This document shows positions 14,002 to 22,890 of a stretch of DNA of 64,000 nt, piece by piece. The notes under the pieces are model-generated. The model was not told the DNA's origin. It saw only the letters and a program-made list of their open reading frames with translations, and searched no databases. Source of the stretch: Desulfosudaceae bacterium (GTDB lineage Bacteria > Desulfobacterota > Desulfobacteria > Desulfobacterales > Desulfosudaceae); NCBI GenBank assembly GCA_963674745.2, contig CAXXDV010000001.1:1984001-2048000 (forward strand), in the 5' to 3' direction. Each line of letters begins with the position of its first letter. The stretch's first letter is position 1. A program made the translations under genes and the position numbers.

Positions 14002-15024
14002 TTAGTTGCTCGAAGTTGTCTTTTCATTTAGCCTTTGGTTTGTAAACTGTAAGTCTGTAGATTTCGAAACAAAAGCTATTTTGTACTTGAAGTAGTCGAG
14101 CATATTCTTTGCGGCGGTCTTTTTATCGAATTCCGGCCCCCCCATTGCAATTGAGCAATCTTCAAGTACAATAATTGTTACGGGCACACGTTTTGTGTCA
14201 ATTCCAGCAAGGGCATTGATGCCTGTATTACGTTGTAGCATGCATTCATTCAATGCACCGCCGATATAGAGAAGTACATTTATTTTTTCTTTCCACATAA
14301 CATAACGAAATTCCATATGCGAACAGAGAACGTATTCATTTGAGAGTGGTGTAAGGTGTCGGGATATGTCACGGTCTGATCTCGGGTATACTTCGTAGAT
14401 AGGTGCTTTGCTCACGCTTCTGATTTTTTGTGCCTGCCGCCAAACACGATTGTTCGGCAAAGGCCATTTTAAGAAGGGGGCGGGGTTTTGCGGGGCGATC
14501 TCAAACTGCCTTGCAAAGTCTTTTACTTCCTCCTTCAACCGATGGTACTGTGAGTACTTATCCACAACGGGATGATTCGGCGCATGGATGATGGTTACAC
14601 CATGTTTGCGACATTCATTAAGAAGACGCTTCTGGTTGCGAAGTATAGGGTTTCCTGGCTCACTTGATTCATTCGGGCCAGCCCAAGTATCAACAAGAAC
14701 GAGCGCCGTCTCGTCAGCGTACACGTCAAGTATCGCATTACCCTCTTCTGCGACGGCATTCTTTCTTCCTTGCTCGTCTGTTTCTAACCTGAAACTGGGC
14801 AGGTACCGTACAGGAATACGCAATACTTGCTTTTGCCGTTCGGGGACTGCTTCTTGAGACACCAGCTCGGGTTTGTGCTGGTGAACCGATTTTTTCACAG
14901 CATAAAGAGGAAGTAGAAAGGTAAAGGCTCTATACCAGAGTGCTCCGAGGAGGATGCCGCAAAATAAAGTTATTACTATGGCCGGTAAAGCGTATTCCCT
15001 TTTAACTTGGTTCCGTTTTTTCAT
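14002..15024 (-). CDS. Membrane-anchored isochorismatase-like (cysteine hydrolase fold) protein
   Basis: N-terminal TM helix; ETALVLVDTW, IIHAPNH, LLYIGGALNECM, IIVLEDCS. Confidence 0.6.
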   Translation of the reverse strand: MKKRNQVKREYALPAIVITLFCGILLGALWYRAFTFLLPLYAVKKSVHQHKPELVSQEAVPERQKQVLRIPVRYLPSFRLETDEQGRKNAVAEEGNAILDVYADETALVLVDTWAGPNESSEPGNPILRNQKRLLNECRKHGVTIIHAPNHPVVDKYSQYHRLKEEVKDFARQFEIAPQNPAPFLKWPLPNNRVWRQAQKIRSVSKAPIYEVYPRSDRDISRHLTPLSNEYVLCSHMEFRYVMWKEKINVLLYIGGALNECMLQRNTGINALAGIDTKRVPVTIIVLEDCSIAMGGPEFDKKTAAKNMLDYFKYKIAFVSKSTDLQFTNQRLNEKTTSSN

Positions 15025-15437
15025 TTTTTATCTCCCCTATGGGCTGAATGTCAGTTATGATGCCTTATTCTGTTTGCGCTGTCATCCTCAACCAAAAGGG
15101 CGCAAATAAATGCTTTCGAGAGAATCGTCGAATTCTCAAGTAAAACCCGTACGCTCTCATGATCCGGTCAATATTATGAAACCTATTGTATGTATTGCAT
15201 GCTGTTCCGAAAAAAATTACTTTAAATTGGGCTCTAATGAAATTACCTCATCTAAACAGGGCCTCTCCGTTCAATAATGCGCACAAGTCATTTCCGTCAA
15301 CATCTACTTTGATAAAGTTGGCGTTGGTTTCTATGTAGCTCTTTGCGTTCAGCGGTTTCATACAGCTTTGTTCAAACAGGTGGTTGTTCACGATACCGTA
15401 TATGAAAAACGATGCAGCACCACGGTTGAATTGTGTC

Positions 15438-17132
15438 TTATTTGTCCAATCCCAGGGTGCCGCCGGGGTTCATGATGTTGTGGGGATCAAAGTGGTTTTT
15501 GAGGGTTCGCAGAACCGCCATTTGTTCCTTGCCCAGGTGCTTTTCCATCCACGGTCCCATCATTTTGCCCACGCCATGATGGTGACTGAGTGACCCCCCG
15601 TGTTTTTCGATTTCATCAATAACACCACGCTGGAACGCCAGAAATTGATCGGTCGGCATGGTGCGCCGGATAAAAATAAAATAGAGGTTGGTGCCCTGCT
15701 GGTAAAAATGAGAAGCATGGGTCATGCAGATGGTGTGAGGCTGACTTTTAATATAGGCTCGCACGCCCTTGTGAAGGTTGTGGAGGTTGTCCCAGGTTAC
15801 CGACGATTCCAGGGTATCGATTATAACCCCGAAATCATTAAGGTCTTCCCGCATGAACGGGTCGCTGAACCGGCCGTGCATCCACTTGTTGGTGGGGTAG
15901 CTGGTCAGGTTCATGCCTTTGTGTTTGCGGCATATTCTTTTGCAGTTTCTTTTCACTAATTCTGCAAATTGTTCTTCTCCGTCGGCCTGACCGATTAACA
16001 GGCACCTTTTTCCGGGCATCTGTTTTTTGAAAACCATCAGTCGATCCAGGAGAGATCCCGATATGCCGAACATGTTTAAGGCCACGTCTGTCTCTTCCGG
16101 ATCGGAAATACGCAGAATCGAAGGCATGCCGAATTCGCCCTGGCAGATATCGCGGGCGGCATTTACTGCGGCTTCCCAATCCGGCATCATGTAGGCAAAT
16201 GGTTGCCGGTTTTCAGGAAAATAGCGAAATATTTTCATAGTAACTGCAACAAGAATGCCATAGCATCCCTCACTGCCTTTCATAATGTCATTAACCTTGG
16301 GGCCGGTAGCCGTGGCCGGATAGGGCAGGGTAGCGAAAGTGCCGGTCGGGGTGATATATTCCTGGCTGATAACAAGATCATAGGCATCACCGTAATATGA
16401 AGAATTCTGTCCCGCGCCCAGGGTGACCACCCAGCCGCCCACCGACGAGTATTCAAAGGACTGGGGAAAATGCCCGCCGGTATAACGATAAGAAGCACCA
16501 AACTGTTCCGGTGCACTGTTTAAGGCCTTTTCATAATCCGGGCCCATGAGCCCCGGTTCGACCGTGATGGTCTGGCGGGTTTCGTTAAAATCGAGGATGC
16601 GGTTCATGTGCGTCCCCATGGCCAGGGTGACCCCGCCCCGCCGACAGGACAGACCGAGGGTAACGGAACTGCCGCCGCCATATATGTTGACGGGAATTTT
16701 TCGTTCATGGCACAGGGCCACGATTTTTTTCACATCTTCCTTGTCCCGCGGATGGGCCACCACGTCGGCCAGGTCTTCGATAACCTGCTCCCGCAATTTT
16801 AAAATATCTTCCATGGCTTTGCCCGAGGAGAATTTAAGGCGGCTGTATGTATCCGTGAAAATGTTTTCTTCACCGACAATATTCACCAGGGAGGCCAGGT
16901 CTTCGGCTGAAATGGCCGGTGGGATTTCCCGGCTGACCCGTTCATCACCGGTGCTGGCTTTCCGCTTAAAGTCTTCGTCGGTCAACCCCAGTGTTTCTTT
17001 GACGGCCCGGTAAAATCCCTGGCTGGGATGTTTAACGCGTTCGGGTGCGCCCCATTTAAAAATTGATCTGAATGTATCCTGCTCGGGCGGGGTGTCTGTC
17101 CAGTCCGGTGTAAAAGATGAATCTTTTGACAT
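15438..17132 (-). CDS. FAD-linked oxidase, alkyl-dihydroxyacetonephosphate synthase (AgpS)-like
   Basis: YGGGSSV, GHFPQSFEYSSVGGW, GSEGCYG, DTLES, HASHFY, SHHHGVG motifs of the VAO/ADPS family. Confidence 0.85.
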   Translation of the reverse strand: MSKDSSFTPDWTDTPPEQDTFRSIFKWGAPERVKHPSQGFYRAVKETLGLTDEDFKRKASTGDERVSREIPPAISAEDLASLVNIVGEENIFTDTYSRLKFSSGKAMEDILKLREQVIEDLADVVAHPRDKEDVKKIVALCHERKIPVNIYGGGSSVTLGLSCRRGGVTLAMGTHMNRILDFNETRQTITVEPGLMGPDYEKALNSAPEQFGASYRYTGGHFPQSFEYSSVGGWVVTLGAGQNSSYYGDAYDLVISQEYITPTGTFATLPYPATATGPKVNDIMKGSEGCYGILVAVTMKIFRYFPENRQPFAYMMPDWEAAVNAARDICQGEFGMPSILRISDPEETDVALNMFGISGSLLDRLMVFKKQMPGKRCLLIGQADGEEQFAELVKRNCKRICRKHKGMNLTSYPTNKWMHGRFSDPFMREDLNDFGVIIDTLESSVTWDNLHNLHKGVRAYIKSQPHTICMTHASHFYQQGTNLYFIFIRRTMPTDQFLAFQRGVIDEIEKHGGSLSHHHGVGKMMGPWMEKHLGKEQMAVLRTLKNHFDPHNIMNPGGTLGLDK

Positions 17133-17168
17133 GGTGTTTTCCTTTTTTTGCTGATGACTTGATTGCTG

Positions 17169-18716
17169 TTATTCAGGGTATCCGGTAATGTCTCTGATAT
17201 CTTTGTAAAGGGGGGCCAGCGCGCCATACATGCGCTGGTAAACCCGGTGATATAAACGGTCATAAATTTTTACCGCTTCAGGATCCGGCTCGAAACGGGT
17301 CTGGTGGGTCACCATGCCGTCAATGGCTTCCTGGAACGAGGGGTACAGGCCCAGGCCGACGGCAGTAACTATGGCCGCGCCCAGGCCGGATGTCTCGTGG
17401 GTTTTTCCCCGGACCATGGGCAGGTTGAAAATATCGGCCACGATTTTACAGATTTCATCGCTTTGCGAGGCCCCGCCGGATACAGCCGCGGCCCTGACAG
17501 GTGTTTTGCCGGCCTTTTGCATCCTCTCCAGGCCGTCCCGCAGGGCAAAGCCCAATCCTTCGATGACCGAGCGATAGATATGCCCCTTGGTATGGACATC
17601 ACCGAATCCGATCATGGCCCCTTTGGCGGAAGGGTGGTTAAATCCCGGGCTCCAGTAGGGTTGCACCACCAGGCCCATGGAGCCGGGATGCGTGTTCACC
17701 AGGTGACGGTTTAAAACCACTTCGGCGGGTATGCCCTGCTTTGCGGCTTCCTGGACTTCTTCGTAAGCGAATTCGTTTTTGAACCAGGATATCATCCAGA
17801 ACCCCCGGAAAATTTCTACCTCCGGGTTGTAATAACCGGGTATCGGGGCGGGATAGGGCGGCATAAAGCGAATGGCTTCAAAATATCTGTCGGTCGTGGT
17901 CTGGACCGTGGCGGTCGTGCCGAAACTCAGGCTGACCATGGTCTGATCGATGACCCCCGCGCCGATGGTCTCACACCCCTTGTCCGAACCGCAGGCGATA
18001 ACCGGGATGCCTTCAGCCAGTCCGGTGGCCGCGGCCGCCGCAGAGGTGATGTTGCCGATATTTTCGCCGGGTTGAACGATGTCCGGAAGTTTTTCGGCTT
18101 CCACGGGGAAGATCAGAGACGGCAGCTCAAGCTTTTTGGCCCAGCGGATTTTTTTGTAATTAAAAGGGATATGGCCGATCTGTGAGGCCACGGAATCGGC
18201 AAAAACGCCGGTCAGCCTGAAGTTTAAAAAACCGGAAATCTGGAGGTATTTGTGGGTGGCTTCCCATATTTCCGGCTGGTTCTGGCGTATCCAGTTGCAT
18301 TTTCCCTCGGCCTGCAGCAGGTTTATGGACTCTTCCATATCGATCAGTTTCAGCACAAGCTTGATGATTTTAGGCGGGACAAAAGGCGGCTTTGCTTTGC
18401 GCTGATCCAGCCAGATGATGGTCGGTCTCAGCGGCGTGCCGCTTTTATCCACGCTGACCATGCTGGCCCGTTGAGAGGTCACCCCTAAACCGGCGACGGC
18501 TGCGAAGTGATCCGGGGCATCGGCTTTCAGTTGTTGACAGGCCTGGCACAGACTGTTCCAGAAGATTTCCGGATCCTGTTCCGCCCAGCCGGGCTTGACA
18601 CTGAAATAGGGGGCATATTCGATTTGTGCCCGGGCCAGCAGGTCCCCGTTCAGAGAGAAAAGAAGCGCCCGCAGGCTCTGGGTACCGCAGTCGATAGATA
18701 AAAGTGTTTTATTCAT
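17169..18716 (-). CDS. FGGY-family carbohydrate/glycerol-type kinase
   Basis: SIDCGTQSLRA, WAEQDP, GVTSQR, WLDQR, GSDKGCE, SGGASQS. Confidence 0.9.
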   Translation of the reverse strand: MNKTLLSIDCGTQSLRALLFSLNGDLLARAQIEYAPYFSVKPGWAEQDPEIFWNSLCQACQQLKADAPDHFAAVAGLGVTSQRASMVSVDKSGTPLRPTIIWLDQRKAKPPFVPPKIIKLVLKLIDMEESINLLQAEGKCNWIRQNQPEIWEATHKYLQISGFLNFRLTGVFADSVASQIGHIPFNYKKIRWAKKLELPSLIFPVEAEKLPDIVQPGENIGNITSAAAAATGLAEGIPVIACGSDKGCETIGAGVIDQTMVSLSFGTTATVQTTTDRYFEAIRFMPPYPAPIPGYYNPEVEIFRGFWMISWFKNEFAYEEVQEAAKQGIPAEVVLNRHLVNTHPGSMGLVVQPYWSPGFNHPSAKGAMIGFGDVHTKGHIYRSVIEGLGFALRDGLERMQKAGKTPVRAAAVSGGASQSDEICKIVADIFNLPMVRGKTHETSGLGAAIVTAVGLGLYPSFQEAIDGMVTHQTRFEPDPEAVKIYDRLYHRVYQRMYGALAPLYKDIRDITGYPE

Positions 18717-18767
18717 TTTCTAGTTCCAGTTTCTATAAATAGTTTTTCCGAAGGCCCCTTGAAATAG

Positions 18768-18859
18768 AGGTTTCAAGGGGTCAAGGATTCCAGGGTTCGA
18801 GGGGCTATGGACACCTGAAAGCCAAAAGCCCCCTCGGCCCCTTGCCCCCTTGAATCCTT
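18768..18859. repeat. Inverted pair of octamer tandem arrays between glpD-like and kinase genes
   Basis: aggtttc aaggggtc aaggattc cagggttc gaggggc ... gccccctc ggcccctt gccccctt gaatcctt; abuts the glpD-like stop codon. Confidence 0.8.
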
Positions 18860-20414
18860 AAGAAGTCGGTGGTCCATAATATTTCTGCCAGGTCTCAAGG
18901 TAATTTTTTTTCTCTTTTTCCCAGCGTACGTCATCCCATCCCAGCAGTGGTCGGCAGAGTTCGCCGACCCTGTCAAGAGCGGCGCTGCCGCCTTCCGGTG
19001 CCAGCAGTCCCAGCCGGACACGGCGGAGCAACAGGTCGGTCAGGTGACGTACCTGCTCGTGTTGCACGGCATGGACGATTTCCGCCCACAGAATATTGGT
19101 GTTGGCAACCGTGTCGGAATTTTCTTCCAGACAGAATTTGAATATGGATTGAGCCTGTTGCCCGTACCGGCCAAACAGACGCTGCAAAACGGCCGAAGAA
19201 ATATTGTCCACGGGCCCCTGTTTCGGCCCGGGGGTGATAAAAATCGGTTTCTTGTCGGGCGGCAGCGTGCAGTGCGGCAGATAGTCGGCGGCTGCTTTTA
19301 TGGCGTCCCGGGCCAGCAGGCGGAACGTTGTCAGTTTGCCGCCGGTGACGGTGACCAGGCCGTTGTTTTTCCAGACCACGTGCTCCCGGGATTCCTGGGA
19401 GGCGGCTTTATGACCCCGGCTCAGAACAGGGCGCACACCGGCGATAGAGGCAATCGCGTCAGACCGGGTCAGTGGCAAATCCGGCATGATGAAATTCATG
19501 CCCGCCATAAGATAATCCGCCTCGGCTGCCGATATGGCCGGGTTTAAATCCAGGTCCCGGTCATGGTCAATGTCGGTGGTGCCCAGAATGGCAACCCCTT
19601 CCCAGGGGAACATGAACACCGGTCGTTTGTCGGCCGGATGCATAAAGCTGACCACATGATTCACCGGAAATTTTTTCCTGGGGAAAATCAGGTGACTGCC
19701 GCGCAAAGGCCGCAGGTGAAGACCGCTCCGGGGCGAGGGGTGCAGCCGTTCCGCCCAGGCGCCGGTGGCGTTGATGACGGCTTTTGTTTGCAGTTCCACG
19801 GTCTGTTTTGTGTCGGCGTCTTCCACCGCGACTCCGGCAACGTTCCCCAGCTTGTTCCGGATAATATCGACCACCCGGGCATAGTTGACGGCACAGCCGC
19901 CGGCTGCCACCGCTTCATTGATCAGCCGCAATACCAGGCGGGCATCGTCCACCTGGGCGTCTTTAAAATAAAATCCGCCGGTCAGGTTGTTTTGCCGCAA
20001 ATAAGGGATCTGTTCAGAGATTTGTCGGGCATTATAACCGACATGCTGTTTTTCAAGGGCCATCAGGCTGTAAACGGTCAGACCTATCCCCATGATCGTT
20101 TTAGAGGGGCCGAAATCCGTGAATACCGGCATGAGAAAACCCAGCGGGTCCACCAGTCCCGGGGCTTCATTCAGCAGCCGCTGCCGTTCCTTTACAGAAG
20201 CCCTGGTCAGCAGCGGTTTGCCGTCTTTTAAATAACGCAGCCCGCCGTGTACCATTTTTGATGAGCGGCTCGATGTCCCCCAGGCAAAATCATGGGCCTC
20301 TAAAAGGAGAACGCGCATGTTCATGCGCACGGCTTCGCTGAAAATACCGGCTCCGGTAACCCCGCCGCCGATAACGACCAGGTCCCACTCTTTGTTTATA
20401 TCGGTAAGATTCAT
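18858..20414 (-). CDS. FAD-dependent glycerol-3-phosphate dehydrogenase/oxidase-like (GlpD family)
   Basis: IGGGVTG, GTSSRSSKMVHGGLRYL, DDARL, INATGAW, GTTD, GVRP, GGKLTT. ATG 20414 overlaps the fadR stop (ATGA). Confidence 0.9.
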   Translation of the reverse strand: MNLTDINKEWDLVVIGGGVTGAGIFSEAVRMNMRVLLLEAHDFAWGTSSRSSKMVHGGLRYLKDGKPLLTRASVKERQRLLNEAPGLVDPLGFLMPVFTDFGPSKTIMGIGLTVYSLMALEKQHVGYNARQISEQIPYLRQNNLTGGFYFKDAQVDDARLVLRLINEAVAAGGCAVNYARVVDIIRNKLGNVAGVAVEDADTKQTVELQTKAVINATGAWAERLHPSPRSGLHLRPLRGSHLIFPRKKFPVNHVVSFMHPADKRPVFMFPWEGVAILGTTDIDHDRDLDLNPAISAAEADYLMAGMNFIMPDLPLTRSDAIASIAGVRPVLSRGHKAASQESREHVVWKNNGLVTVTGGKLTTFRLLARDAIKAAADYLPHCTLPPDKKPIFITPGPKQGPVDNISSAVLQRLFGRYGQQAQSIFKFCLEENSDTVANTNILWAEIVHAVQHEQVRHLTDLLLRRVRLGLLAPEGGSAALDRVGELCRPLLGWDDVRWEKEKKNYLETWQKYYGPPTS

Positions 20415-21121
20415 GACTGATGCTTTCCCCGGTTTGGTTGAAATTGTTCCCATATCCGCAGACTTTCTTCCATTGCTTCGCGGACAATAGGCTCGATGTC
20501 CGATTGATTGTGGATGGCCTGAACCAGCCTGGCATAATACCCTGAAGAAGCGGTTCGCCCTTCTTCAAGCATAAAGTAACTTCCCCCCAGTGCTTTGAAT
20601 ACCGGGGCAAAATCGTTGAGGATCAGGGGATAAATCAAGTTACCGCTTCGCTTTGCCATCATGGATTGCAACCGCCAGTCAAAAGCGGCGTAATCCATGG
20701 CGGACGAGGCGAGTGTTGCCGCCCCCTGAAGATGGGTGAGAAAATGTTCTGCGTGGTTTGGAACCGCCGTTTTGGCGCAGGCCGGTAGAAAAGTCGCCCG
20801 GGCCTGGAGCAGATGGGATACAAAAGTGGGTGGTAAATATTCGGTGAAATTAACCAGGGTCTTTAAAATTCCCAGGCCGCCTTCAATCCAGTAATCATTT
20901 ATAATGGTTGGTTTGCCGTGCTGAATGGTGATCCAGCGGTCTGCGGCCAGGCGCTGCAGGAGCTCCCGAATGGTCGGGCGGGTGACGTTCATTTGTTCGG
21001 CCAGTGCCCGTTCTCCGGGAAGGAAAGACCCCGGCGCATAAGTGCCGTTCAGAATGGAAGTAACCAGCTGATGCTCGGCATATTGGGTGGGACGCAGAAG
21101 CGTTTTTTCAGAATCGAGCAT
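20411..21121 (-). CDS. fadR: Fatty acid metabolism regulator FadR (GntR family)
   Basis: YAEHQLVTSIL...PGSFLPGERALAEQMNVTRPTIRELLQRLAADRWITIQHGKPT..NDYW closely follows the E. coli-type FadR HTH; C-terminal SGNLIYPLILN. ATG 21121 after GGAGGA. Confidence 0.85.
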   Translation of the reverse strand: MLDSEKTLLRPTQYAEHQLVTSILNGTYAPGSFLPGERALAEQMNVTRPTIRELLQRLAADRWITIQHGKPTIINDYWIEGGLGILKTLVNFTEYLPPTFVSHLLQARATFLPACAKTAVPNHAEHFLTHLQGAATLASSAMDYAAFDWRLQSMMAKRSGNLIYPLILNDFAPVFKALGGSYFMLEEGRTASSGYYARLVQAIHNQSDIEPIVREAMEESLRIWEQFQPNRGKHQS

Positions 21122-21124
21122 AAA

Positions 21125-21172
21125 TCCTCCTAACTGGTAAGAGGTCATACCAGTTAGGAGGAGGGTTGTCAA
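21125..21172 (-). promoter_or_regulatory. fadR operon promoter overlapped by palindromic FadR operator
   Basis: Minus-strand TTGACA (21172-21167)-17 nt-TATGAC with TG extension. Perfect 15-bp inverted repeat TCCTCCTAACTGGTA/TACCAGTTAGGAGGA contains the FadR-box-like AAGAGGTCATACCAGTT. Confidence 0.7.
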
Positions 21173-21313
21173 GAAAAAAATCAGGTGCAGTGTTTTTGAC
21201 TGGCTTTCTGAAAAAATACGTCTAAAATTCATTTGTGTGCCCGCATTAAGGTCGGGTCTGTGGCTGGTTTACAGCCGGATTTTGATAACTCCATTTTTGA
21301 AGGATTATGTAAT

Positions 21314-21916
21314 ATGAAAACATTTAAAACCCCTGGTTTCCTTTTAGTCTTATTGGTGATGGTTTTCAGTCTTTCCGCCATTGCCATGGCCGATGATGTG
21401 ACCGATTCCATCAATGAAGGACTTCAATATTATAAGGACGGTCAGTTTACCGATGCGGTTTCCAGCCTGAATTACGCCGAGCAGCTGATTCAGCAGAAAA
21501 AAAGCAGCGGCCTGGAAACGTTTCTGCCCGATCCCCTTTCCGGCTGGGAAGCGGAAGCCGCTTCTTCCCAGGCTATGGGCGCGGCCTTGATGGGTGGCGG
21601 TATTACCGCAGAGCGGGATTACCACAAATCAGGCAGCGCCATCCACATCCAGATTGTGGCTGATTCCCCGGTGCTTTCAAGTGTTATGATGATGATTTCC
21701 AATCCCATGTTTGCTACCGCCGATGGCGGCAAGATGGTGAAAATCGCCGGGCAGAAAGGTATTCTAAAGCATGACGCCGCTCAAAAATCGGGTGACCTTC
21801 AAATCGTTGTAGCCAACCGGTTTCTGGTCAGCGTCGAAGGCAATGGCGTCAGCGAGCAGGAACTCAAGGATTATGCCGGTGCTATTGATTATAACAAGAT
21901 GGCCAAACTGCCGTAG
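21314..21916 (+). CDS. Hypothetical exported protein
   Basis: Signal peptide ending AMA-DD; 200 aa ORF with coding-like composition. Confidence 0.7.
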   Translation: MKTFKTPGFLLVLLVMVFSLSAIAMADDVTDSINEGLQYYKDGQFTDAVSSLNYAEQLIQQKKSSGLETFLPDPLSGWEAEAASSQAMGAALMGGGITAERDYHKSGSAIHIQIVADSPVLSSVMMMISNPMFATADGGKMVKIAGQKGILKHDAAQKSGDLQIVVANRFLVSVEGNGVSEQELKDYAGAIDYNKMAKLP

Positions 21917-21925
21917 CAGGAAATT

Positions 21926-22372
21926 ATGAAAAAAGGACTTTTTTATATCATGCTGGTGATGGTGACGATCATTGCGGGATGTGCCGGACGGGAGCCGACG
22001 CTGGGTATTGACAGTGGCCGGCTCACACCCTGCCCGGACTCGCCCAACTGTGTCAACAGCCAGGCTCCGACCGGGGATAAGCATTTTATTCCGTCCATTG
22101 AATATACGTGCACCCGGCAGGAAGCCCGCCAACGGTTGCTAAAAATCATTCAGAGCACCAGCCGGACGCGAATTATAACATCGGCCGAAGACTATATCCG
22201 GGTGGCATTCACCAGCCGGATATTCCGGTTTGTGGATGACGTTGAATTTTATTTTCCCCAAGAGCCGCTCATTCATGTCCGCTCGGCATCCCGGGTGGGT
22301 TATTCGGACCTGGGCGCCAACCGGAAACGTGTTGAACGCATTCGGGAACACTTTTCAGGGGTGAGTGATTGA
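21926..22372 (+). CDS. DUF1499-family lipoprotein
   Basis: Lipobox IAGC; CPDSPNCV, FVDDVEF, SASRVGYSDLGANRKR. Confidence 0.85.
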   Translation: MKKGLFYIMLVMVTIIAGCAGREPTLGIDSGRLTPCPDSPNCVNSQAPTGDKHFIPSIEYTCTRQEARQRLLKIIQSTSRTRIITSAEDYIRVAFTSRIFRFVDDVEFYFPQEPLIHVRSASRVGYSDLGANRKRVERIREHFSGVSD

Positions 22373-22401
22373 CGTCTGCAGGGGCAAGGAAACATATTCA
22401 A

Positions 22402-22430
22402 GTAGGGGCGGCCACGGGGGCCGCTCCTAC
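22402..22430. repeat. GTAG-type REP-like palindrome
   Basis: GTAGGGGCGGCC-acggg-GGCCGCTCCTAC. Confidence 0.6.
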
Positions 22431-22772
22431 TTACCCATCATGTCTGACAGGCACTGATACGCCAGTTGCAGCGAATAATCCAAGACCTGGTTCAGCATCC
22501 ATTTGACATACAGGTTGACGGTTTTTTTTTGTTGAGCGGATGGCCGGCTGGTGGCCGGGGTCCAGTTTGTAAGCCATGTCCAAGGTCGCCTGGTCGGGGT
22601 CGGGCTCCTTAAGATCGGCCCCGGCGAAGAAGGCCTTTCCCGCCCCGCTCAGGGTACTCACCTGCACCGCATGGCCTTTTCTGATATCCGCGAAGATGTC
22701 CGTCAGCCCGGTATAAAATTGTTTTCTTATATGCTTCGGGCATGATGGCGGATTTCGTTGGCTCAGATTCAA
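22431..22772 (-). pseudogene. Enoyl-CoA hydratase/isomerase remnant
   Basis: Only the N-terminal LSGAGKAFFAGADLKE motif is recognisable; the rest of the crotonase domain is missing. Confidence 0.55.
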
Positions 22773-22890
22773 TTCCGCGACGCGTTGTTAACCGGGAAAA
22801 ATATTGACACATAGACGCTTTGTTGATATATACAACTGTATAAAAAACAACCCGTATATCTTGTTATCATTTTTTTACAGGAGCCGATCA

